From the NCBI GenBank assembly GCA_035285545.1, contig JAYKGY010000070.1, positions 1-64,000 on the forward strand: 64,000 nt of DNA. The letters are read 5' to 3'. This document shows positions 10,211 through 19,000 of this stretch, piece after piece; the stretch's first letter is position 1; every line of letters begins with the position of its first letter. Position numbers and translations under genes: made by a program. The notes beneath the pieces are model-generated. The model was not told where the DNA came from. It saw only the letters and a program-made list of their open reading frames with translations, and did not search any database. The DNA comes from Snowella sp. (lineage in GTDB: Bacteria; Cyanobacteriota; Cyanobacteriia; Cyanobacteriales; Microcystaceae).

Positions 10211-11425
10211 TTATAAAATCTTACTGTAGAGATCTATATAGCATTTTGCTTGTAATTCTAAAGAATATTCTTCAAGAACTATTTCTCGGCATTTTTTTGC
10301 CATATTTTCTCTTTGCTTTTTATCCTCTAATAACTGAACAATTCCATTAGATAAATCATCAGTGTTTTCTGGTTCAGCTAAATAGCCAGTAATTTCTGGA
10401 CGCACAATATCAGGAACACCACCCACTTTGAACGCCACTGTTGGAATACCGCAAGCGAGACTTTCTTGTAGTACTAAAGGAAAGTTATCAGCGCGACTTG
10501 GGAATACAAATATGTCAGCAGCAGAATAAGCCATTGACTTGATACGATCGCTATTTATGTAACCAACATCAACGATTGGTATGTCAACCATTTTCGCAAT
10601 AGTTTCACCACCACACCCCATTATCAAAAGTACAATTTCTTTCCTTAGTGATTCTGGTAAGTTTTTGATTGCTCTTAACAATAAGTCTCCTCCTTTGCGA
10701 TAATGACTGACATTCAAAGAGCTAAACATTAAAACTTTTTTTCCTGATGGAATCCCAAGAAGTGAACGACACATTTCGGGATCGAGCGGCCGATACCTGT
10801 CTGTATCAATACCATTAGGAATATGATGAATAGGAAAGCGACTGAGGATGCTTTTTTTTGCCTGTTCAACTAACCAGTGACTTGGAGCAACTATCGTCAA
10901 TTGAGAATGGCTATAAACCCAATCTTTTAGTTTCCATTCAATATGAGTATTATCTTTACCCACTGGTGGATATTCATCGGGATAAGGACATTGGCCACAG
11001 CCACTTTTCCATCGTTGACAATTATAACTATAGCCACAATGCCCTGTTAAATACCACATATCATGAAGGGTAACAATTGCTGGCTTTTTGCTCGTCAATT
11101 GGGGTAATGCTAAATAATTAAAATAGCCCCCTAAAATATTGTGAAAATTAAGGACATCTGCTTCTTGATAGAAATGATGTTTGGGAATATCAAAGCTACT
11201 GAGAATCGTTAGATAGTTGAAACCAAGCTGACTGGTTAAGTGATTTAGTTTAGTTGCAAGGGGAAATTTATCAGGAATAGCCGCAATTGTATTGTCATCT
11301 ATGGTCGTTTTACTGACCAATAATCGAGACGGATAACCTTGAGCCAGTAGCTCCTGATGGAGCCGATAAGCCGCGATCGCCGCACCATCCTGAGTATCAT
11401 ATTGATTAATATGAAGAATATTCAT
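10211..11425 (-). CDS. GT4 glycosyltransferase (WcaC-like)
   Basis: GAAIAAYRLH, TLHDMWYLTGHC...C..GC..CP and DNFPLVLQESLACG motifs. Confidence 0.9.
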   Translation of the reverse strand: MNILHINQYDTQDGAAIAAYRLHQELLAQGYPSRLLVSKTTIDDNTIAAIPDKFPLATKLNHLTSQLGFNYLTILSSFDIPKHHFYQEADVLNFHNILGGYFNYLALPQLTSKKPAIVTLHDMWYLTGHCGYSYNCQRWKSGCGQCPYPDEYPPVGKDNTHIEWKLKDWVYSHSQLTIVAPSHWLVEQAKKSILSRFPIHHIPNGIDTDRYRPLDPEMCRSLLGIPSGKKVLMFSSLNVSHYRKGGDLLLRAIKNLPESLRKEIVLLIMGCGGETIAKMVDIPIVDVGYINSDRIKSMAYSAADIFVFPSRADNFPLVLQESLACGIPTVAFKVGGVPDIVRPEITGYLAEPENTDDLSNGIVQLLEDKKQRENMAKKCREIVLEEYSLELQAKCYIDLYSKIL

Positions 11426-11563
11426 TGTTAATTAATATTATTTGATTAGAAACCTTAATCTCTATTAATCAGTAATTTTTAATAATCAGTTTTTCAATAA
11501 AGCTTCCAAGACTTGAAGATAGTAAGAGTCATCTTTTCCTGATAGAAGAGCGCGATAGAAATG

Positions 11564-12580
11564 CTAATTATAAGCTTTTTTTAAAGAAGAAAAAGAAGAT
11601 TTAATTTCTCTTAATCCCACCCTAGTTAGCATGACAATTAATGAGGTAATCGTGTCAAAAGAATAACTACATTTTAATCCTTCTTTAATTTGATTAGTAG
11701 CTGAAATTAATTCATGTTTAGACAGCATAAAATTCGCTAATCCAAGAGATTGTAAAGCAACCAATTTTTTGGATTTTTTAAAAGTTTCTTTACTAATATT
11801 TTCTGGTAAATAAGATTGAATAATATTAATGGCTCTGATAAGGTCCCTAATATTTTCACCTGTTTTTTCATACAAGTCTGTATTAGAGCTTGAATGCCGA
11901 CGATATAACGCCAAAGGCTCAGTTTCGTACCAAATGGGATAATTCGCCGCTATTCTTACCCACATTTCCCAATCCTCAGACCAAGAAAGACGGGAATCAA
12001 AACCACCCAACACTTCATAAACGTCTCGACGGACTACAATTGATGGAGTGAGAATTCGTTGTTCAGTAGCTATTTTTTCCAGCCAACTATCGAGAACCCC
12101 ACTTTTTTGTTGTTCTATTTCTAAAATTCTTTGCCAATGACTATTTTCGTCAATTAACATTGGACGACAGAAAGCAGCCCCTATTTCTGGTTGAATTTCA
12201 AAAGCTTTTTGCATTTTTTGATAAAAGCCCTCTCTTACGCAATCGTCTCCATGCAATAGATGGACTAAATGTCCCCGCGATCGCTTTAAACAGGCTTCAA
12301 AATTGCGGGTATGCCCTACATTCTGGGGTTGTCGATAAAATCCGACCCGTCCTTTTCCAATTTCTTCCACGATCGCTTGGGGATCATCTTTCGTTGAACA
12401 ATCATCAATCACTTCAATTTGCATGACTTCAGGGCCGAGATCTTGGGACAAAACACTCGTTAAAGTCTCTCGTAGATAGTTGGCACAGTTATAGGTCGGA
12501 ATCATAATCGACCATAATGGACGGGGAGTATTCGCAGGAACAGGGGGAATAACAGCACAAAAAGAAGTATTAATTTCCAT
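11564..12580 (-). CDS. GT2 glycosyltransferase
   Basis: SIMIPTYN, VIDDCS, LHGDD and EDWEMW motifs. Confidence 0.9.
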   Translation of the reverse strand: MEINTSFCAVIPPVPANTPRPLWSIMIPTYNCANYLRETLTSVLSQDLGPEVMQIEVIDDCSTKDDPQAIVEEIGKGRVGFYRQPQNVGHTRNFEACLKRSRGHLVHLLHGDDCVREGFYQKMQKAFEIQPEIGAAFCRPMLIDENSHWQRILEIEQQKSGVLDSWLEKIATEQRILTPSIVVRRDVYEVLGGFDSRLSWSEDWEMWVRIAANYPIWYETEPLALYRRHSSSNTDLYEKTGENIRDLIRAINIIQSYLPENISKETFKKSKKLVALQSLGLANFMLSKHELISATNQIKEGLKCSYSFDTITSLIVMLTRVGLREIKSSFSSLKKAYN

Positions 12581-12595
12581 AATTATTAACAGGAA

Positions 12596-13582
12596 TCAAG
12601 AATTAACAGGAACTAGAAAATGCTCATCTAATAGATCTAAAACTGAAGAATTTGCTTCAAATTTTCGAGCAAAAAAACAGTCACTTTGTATTAATTTGGG
12701 ATAATCTTCCAGTGTTAAAGTTTTGGGATGGCCATTGACGCTACCCATTTTGTAATCGTCATAAATTTGATGGTGATTATAAAAATTAAACAAACCGCTA
12801 TTGACTAAAACCGTTTGAACAAAAGATTCTTCAGGTAGTTCCGTTTTTTCGTAGTATTTAACTAAATCCTGATGATGGTTGATATAGTCTTTTAAATACA
12901 CTAAACATTTTCGAGATAAAAAATGGCGATGGTTGCCACCGTAACAAGTAAAATTATTATTAAAAGGTGATTTTTTTGCAATCAATCCTAAACGAATGGT
13001 ATTGGCATAAGTAAATAGCACTTTACTCGGAAGCAACGTTGGTAAACCGAATTGATGAAAACGGGATTTGAGCTTTTCAATTAGATATTTTGCTCGACAA
13101 ATTACCTTTTCAAGCAATGGATTTTTGGAAATTGGCAACGTCCAGTAGTATTGAGTAAAATAGCGAGTTTTGCCTTCTTCAATACTCCAATGGCTTTGCT
13201 CAGAAAGAACATTGTAATATTGCAAAAAGCCATCATATTCAGCTTTAGCTAGGTAATTTTCAATCTCCTCTAACGGTTTGATGGGATAATCTTGTCCTGA
13301 AAGATAGGCTAACCAATCAAATTCGATTTCTTTTTCTAATAACCAATCAACCGCATTTAAATAAGGCCGTAAAATCGAAAACTCTCCCCGTCGAATAGGA
13401 AAGTTTCCTGTTAGAAGGTAAACGTCTGATAAATGCTGGATTGGTTCCATTTCAATCGAGCTATGGGTGCAATCATAGCCAATTATAACGACTGAATTAG
13501 GACTCCCTCGTTTAATTGTTTTAACTAATTGATAAATCTGATCAGGATAATTATGAGCCTGAATAAAATAGCAAACTCTCAT
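12596..13582 (-). CDS. GT14 / core-2 I-branching type beta-1,6-glycosyltransferase
   Basis: YFIQAH, LSGQDYPIKP, PEESFVQT and FFARKF motifs. Confidence 0.85.
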   Translation of the reverse strand: MRVCYFIQAHNYPDQIYQLVKTIKRGSPNSVVIIGYDCTHSSIEMEPIQHLSDVYLLTGNFPIRRGEFSILRPYLNAVDWLLEKEIEFDWLAYLSGQDYPIKPLEEIENYLAKAEYDGFLQYYNVLSEQSHWSIEEGKTRYFTQYYWTLPISKNPLLEKVICRAKYLIEKLKSRFHQFGLPTLLPSKVLFTYANTIRLGLIAKKSPFNNNFTCYGGNHRHFLSRKCLVYLKDYINHHQDLVKYYEKTELPEESFVQTVLVNSGLFNFYNHHQIYDDYKMGSVNGHPKTLTLEDYPKLIQSDCFFARKFEANSSVLDLLDEHFLVPVNS

Positions 13583-13608
13583 ATTATTAATTCTCTAATT
13601 TATTAAAT

Positions 13609-14547
13609 TTAAGTGAATATAAAAACAATTCTGCTTCTAATTTTTGTAAATAAACTGATGATTCTAAGAGGAAAAAATTTTAAGTTAAATAAAATTTTAG
13701 TAGCGAATATCTTAAACCTTAAAAAGAAAGAATTTTTAAAAAACATTTGATGTTTATAAACAAATTTTCTTTTGGACATTTTTATGGCAAAATATCCATT
13801 GGAATTTTGACAGCTAGAGCTATTAACATCTGGAAAATTATCTTGCCATTCTTTCCAACATAATTTAAGAGCATAAGGTGGTTTTTCTAAATAAATCTTT
13901 TTCATTTTTGGAGTATTATGAATCATAATATTTGACCAGCTCATTCTCCCCGTTCGGTAACACAACGAATGTGCTTGACCCGTTGCTTCACTATATAAAT
14001 AGGGAGCTAAATTCCATTTTCTTCTAAAGTCTTTATCTGATTCAAATAGATTTTTAAATAAGCCATCTAGCCAATAATAAGAATCAGCATGGGTTCTATT
14101 TAGCCAGTATTGATCACAAGCACTTTTCCATTTATTAATCAGTAAAGAATTTTTCTCTGACGCAATAAACCAAATGGTGGGGCCACTCATTGCATCCATG
14201 CCAGCTCCATGACCGTGGTACATCCATAAACCTGCGGGTTGAACAGCTTCTTCTACCCAAGGATTCAAAGGTTGCATACATAACATCGTTGCATCTGCCC
14301 AAACACCGCCATGATTTTTTAACAGGCTTAATCGAATAATATCTGCTTGATGTTGGGGACTAATTTCTTTGGTTTCATCATAGAGATAATTGATATCATT
14401 CACATATTGATTAATATTATTAAAATCTAAATATTTTATAGTCCATTCAGGATTATTAATTTTCCAAGATTCAGCGACTTGTTGAATGAGCCAAGGGGCT
14501 TTATCCCATCCTTGTAACCATAATAGCCAGATTGTTTTATTTAGCAT
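13609..14547 (-). CDS. Capsular polysaccharide synthesis protein (DXD glycosyltransferase)
   Basis: IWLLWLQGWDKAP and ADIIRLSLLKNHGGVWADAT motifs. Confidence 0.85.
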   Translation of the reverse strand: MLNKTIWLLWLQGWDKAPWLIQQVAESWKINNPEWTIKYLDFNNINQYVNDINYLYDETKEISPQHQADIIRLSLLKNHGGVWADATMLCMQPLNPWVEEAVQPAGLWMYHGHGAGMDAMSGPTIWFIASEKNSLLINKWKSACDQYWLNRTHADSYYWLDGLFKNLFESDKDFRRKWNLAPYLYSEATGQAHSLCYRTGRMSWSNIMIHNTPKMKKIYLEKPPYALKLCWKEWQDNFPDVNSSSCQNSNGYFAIKMSKRKFVYKHQMFFKNSFFLRFKIFATKILFNLKFFPLRIISLFTKIRSRIVFIFT

Positions 14548-14623
14548 GATTTAATTTCATTAACTGAATTATTAAATGTTTATTGTCGGCAATATTTAAT
14601 CTGGAAAATAATGCATAAATTAA

Positions 14624-15910
14624 TTAAATATTAGTGGTTGTCCAGTAAGCTTTTGTTAAAGTTTTACAATAATTAGGAATTCCAGGGTTTCCAGTGCCAA
14701 AAAAGTCTCCACCTTCTACAGTAATTGTTGCGGCATCCTCAATAAAATCTAACATTTCTTGATCGGCATAAGATAAATAAATAGAAATCCGATAAATACT
14801 ATTGGCTAGGGGAAGGTTTTGCAAGCTACAGATCATAATTCCTTTTTTATCATTTAAAGTCAGATTGGTAGCAGTAAAATCACTTCTTAACATTAAAATT
14901 CTAATTCCCTTCTCATCATAAAAATCGAGGCTAACAACCACATTATGGAGAGTTTGAATAGTGTCCTTTATATATCCAATTTCAAAGAAGTAATCCTTGC
15001 CTGATTGTAAAACTTTCTCTTCCTCTCCGTATTCATTTAATGCTCTAAAACTAGATGCCCTGACTTTACCAGTGCCACTGCGATCGCGCCGTTCAATTAG
15101 GGGTAAGGATTCAGAAATTTTGTAAGAATTTTCTAAATAAGCACTAATCACCTGTTCGGGGGAATTATTCATCGTTAAAGTGCCTGATTCTAATAAAATT
15201 GCCCGACTACAGAGGTGGCTAACGGTGCTCATATTATGGCTAACAAACAAAACGGTGCGCCCCTCTCTACCTACTTCCTCCATTTTTCCTAAACATTTTT
15301 GTTGAAACTGAATATCCCCCACCGCTAAGACTTCATCTACAATCAAAATTTCGGGTTCTAAGTGGGCGGCGACGGCAAAAGCAAGGCGGACATACATCCC
15401 AGAAGAATAAAATTTTACGGGAGTATCGAGGAATTTTTCCACTTCAGCAAAGTCAACAATTTCATCAAATTTCCGTTGAATATCAGCCTTGCTCATCCCC
15501 AAGATGGCACCATTCAAAAAGATATTTTCACGTCCTGTTAATTCTGAATGAAATCCGGTTCCTACTTCTAATAAGCTAGCGACTCTACCATGAATAGAAA
15601 TTCGCCCTTGGGTGGGTTCGGTAATGCGACTGAGAACTTTTAATAAGGTCGATTTCCCTGCTCCATTGCGTCCAACAATGCCTACGCGATCGCCGGCATG
15701 AATATCAAACGAAACATTTTTTAATGCCCAAAAATTTTCCCGTTCCGCATTAAATTCTTCTTCTTTAAAGGGCTTAACAACGGTATTTTTAATCGTGTTT
15801 ACTCCTTCAACAAGAGTGTCTCGTAAAGTTGAGTGTCTCGGTCTATCCTTTTTATGGCTGAGTAAGTATTGTTTACTGAGATTTTCGACACGAATAATGG
15901 GCTGAGACAT
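14624..15910 (-). CDS. wzt: Polysaccharide ABC exporter ATPase with C-terminal Wzt-C domain
   Basis: GRNGAGKST, YSSGMYVRLAF and IVDEVLAVGD motifs, plus a ~170-aa C-terminal extension. Confidence 0.9.
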   Translation of the reverse strand: MSQPIIRVENLSKQYLLSHKKDRPRHSTLRDTLVEGVNTIKNTVVKPFKEEEFNAERENFWALKNVSFDIHAGDRVGIVGRNGAGKSTLLKVLSRITEPTQGRISIHGRVASLLEVGTGFHSELTGRENIFLNGAILGMSKADIQRKFDEIVDFAEVEKFLDTPVKFYSSGMYVRLAFAVAAHLEPEILIVDEVLAVGDIQFQQKCLGKMEEVGREGRTVLFVSHNMSTVSHLCSRAILLESGTLTMNNSPEQVISAYLENSYKISESLPLIERRDRSGTGKVRASSFRALNEYGEEEKVLQSGKDYFFEIGYIKDTIQTLHNVVVSLDFYDEKGIRILMLRSDFTATNLTLNDKKGIMICSLQNLPLANSIYRISIYLSYADQEMLDFIEDAATITVEGGDFFGTGNPGIPNYCKTLTKAYWTTTNI

Positions 15911-15956
15911 AGGTTTAAGTTGTTTTAAATTAATCAAATTGGTATTAAAAAAATGC

Positions 15957-16019
15957 CTTAGACTAGGCCATAAAACTCAAACAACCGATCAGAATGACTG
16001 AGTTTATGGCAAGTCTAAG
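15957..16019. terminator. Long imperfect inverted repeat downstream of the malectin gene
   Basis: CTTAGACTAGGCCATAAAACTCA ... TGAGTTTATGGCAAGTCTAAG. Confidence 0.5.
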
Positions 16020-16032
16020 ACTTGAAAATTTC

Positions 16033-19000
16033 TTAACCCACGGCCAAGACGAGTGGCTCACTCAGGGCTAGGACTCCAGAGACAGCGGGTAAACTTTCCA
16101 CTTGCAGTAATTTCAGGGAAGTAATTTGGGCATTGTCCACTAGCGTCGAAAAATTGAGGTTGAAAACACCATCGGTAACGGTGACCTGGAAGGATTTTGT
16201 CAAGGCGATATTTTGACCCCCAGCTTGTGACCAAATATCAAAGTTTTGTAACACTGTTTGTCCTTCTATGGTGACATCAAAAATCCGTTGTCCTGACGCA
16301 TTCCAATAGAGTTCGGCAAAGTTGAGATCCACTAAATAAGTGCCATTACTCACCGGAATGTTGTAGCTAAAGTTGTTGCCATAGCGTTCATCTTGATAGA
16401 GAGAGTCATCATTAGTTCCGGCGATCGCGCTTGTGACCGCATAGGTATTGGTAGAACCTGTAAAGTATTGATCGGCTAACCAGACTTGCCCCGTTGCGTC
16501 CGTATATTGGCCACCGCCGGTATTGATGAGGATGGTTGCCAGATTATTGCTGAGATCACTTAATTTGAGTAACTCTAATGAGGTAATTTGGGCATTATCC
16601 ACCAGAGTCGTAAAATCAAGATTGAGAACCCCATCACTGACAGTAACTTCAAAGCTTTGGGTTAGGGCGATGTTTTGACCCCCCGCTTGTGACCAAATAT
16701 CGAAGTTTTGTAAAACTGTTTGTCCTTCTAAGCTGACATTAAAGAGCCGTTGACCTGGGGCATTCCAATAAATTTCAGCAAAGTTGAGGTTCACTAAATA
16801 AGTACCATTGCTGACCGGAACGTTATAGCTAAAGTTATTGCCATAGCGTTCATTTTGGTAGAGCGAATCATCATTGGTTCCGGCGATCGCGCTTGGGACG
16901 GCATAGGTGCCTGTGGAACCCGTGAAATATTGATCGGCTGACCAAACCTGACCCGCAATATCGGTATATTGGCCACCGCCCGCATTAATCAGGATTTTCC
17001 CTAAACTATCGTTATCTAAAATCGAGAGTATCGCCGTATTTTGACTGCCAAGGGTTGCTCCTCCCGTCGCATTGCTTAACGTTAAATTAATCGTTTCGGC
17101 ACTTTCAACAATCGTGTCATTAACAATCGGAATGGTAACGGTCTTACTGGTTTCCCCATTGGCAAAGTTAACCAAAATCGGCGTGTTGTTATAGTCATTG
17201 GGCGCGATCGCCGTGCCATTGCTGGGAGTTAGGGTGACACTTACAGCTCCACTACTACCGCCCGTGCGGGTAATCGTAACAGCCGAAACCGGCGTTCCAT
17301 TTTCATTGACCGTATAGACCGGGGCACTCAAGGCAAGGGTTCCCGCAGATCCACTCGGAGGGGTAACATTCCCTAAATAACGAAAAGCATTCGCCAGCGT
17401 AGAAGTCTGACCCTTGCTATTAACAACCACATTCACCATATCGGTCGGCAACGTATTTTGGGCAGGAATAAAGCCTTCAATCCGTTTAGCAGAGACGGAA
17501 GTTAGAATAGCCTGAATACCGCCAATTGTGACTGTTGTATTGGTTAAATCGCCAAAATTTTGCCCACCAATGACAAACTTCCCACCGCCATCTGCGGGCG
17601 CACGCCAGGGAAAGATATCGTAAGCTTCGGTATTCGTTGTGTTTAGGTTGGGTAAGGAAACCGTGATGGCATTATCGGTGTAATCAATCCCTAGAATGGC
17701 TCCCCCTGGCCCAGTAACCACATCTAACGCCGTTGGCCCATTGGGAATGGAAGTAACATTCTCAACCGTTGAACCATTGGGAGCAAGCTGGATGCTAAAG
17801 AGCGTTTCATTCCATTTTTGCGCTAACAGCGTCCCTGTTTTTTGTCCATTAAAGGTGGTGGATCGATATTCTGCCAGACCATTAGTTGAAGGTTGGAAGG
17901 TTGTTAGAGGGGCATTATACACGCCGGCAATGCTGGCAACCGAAGGAGCTTGATAGACATTTTGACGATCATCATACCGACCGCGGTTCCGATTGGGATG
18001 ACCGTAATAGCTGCCTTCAAAGAACAGGTTTAATTCATCGGGATTATTGGGGTCGGGGCCTTGAGTGGTGGCAGAGGTTGAAGCCGCGCCAAATCCGGTA
18101 TTGGGGCCGTTATCGAGAAAATAGATTAAATCTTTGGTGGTATAGGCAACATCAAAAGGATTCCGTGCGCCTGGGGCTAACACCGTTACGCCTGTTCCTG
18201 GAACCACATCGACCTTATCACCAAAGACTTGATTATTGTTAATCAGCCCAGTTGCCGTTTCTACATAGGTGATATTGCCGTTAAAGTTCGGATCGGATAA
18301 TTGGGCTTTAAGAATTGCAGCCCCTAAAGGAGATTCCGGTAACCCACCGATCGCGTTATTGGGAATGCCTGCATTGGTTGAACCGCCCACCGCGATCAGT
18401 AAATCGCCTTGATTGTCAAAATTGAGTCCATTAACCCCGTGATCATGGTTAGAAACGGGTAATCCGGTAATTAGAGGGGTGATGGTTGAGAAATCGGGGC
18501 CTTCTAACACCGAAATCTGACCGCTATAGGGAGAGAAATCTGTAGCGTTAATAAATTTACCGTCATTATTGGCAAATAACCAACTGTGGGCTACATAAAT
18601 CTTCGGCGTTGTATCAAACGGATTAAAGGCAATACCTAAAATATTCTTGTTCGTCAGATTGGCGATCGCGTTCGTTGCTTGAATATTGGTGACATTGTAA
18701 TTTTCATCAAAGGTATAAATCGAAATGTTGCCCGTAATCGAACCGACATAAAGCCGCCCATCGGGGCCCCATTCTGCCTGCGTGGGTGCAAACTTATTCG
18801 CTACCACCTGGGCCGGTGTAAAACTAATGGGCACCGCAGTTCCTGAATATTCATAAGTCACGGCTTCGCTCATTCCATTAGGCGTTTCTACCGTTACTAA
18901 TACCGTTCCTAAGTTACCTGGCGGCGTGACAAAGCTAATTTCTCCCTGTTTTACCGTGATATCAGGAGCCGTTAATACCGTATTTCCCCAATGGACTTTA

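Noticed and set aside
16100..16995. Long DNA direct repeats as a possible mobile element or array
   Set aside because: Explained by duplicated malectin coding domains
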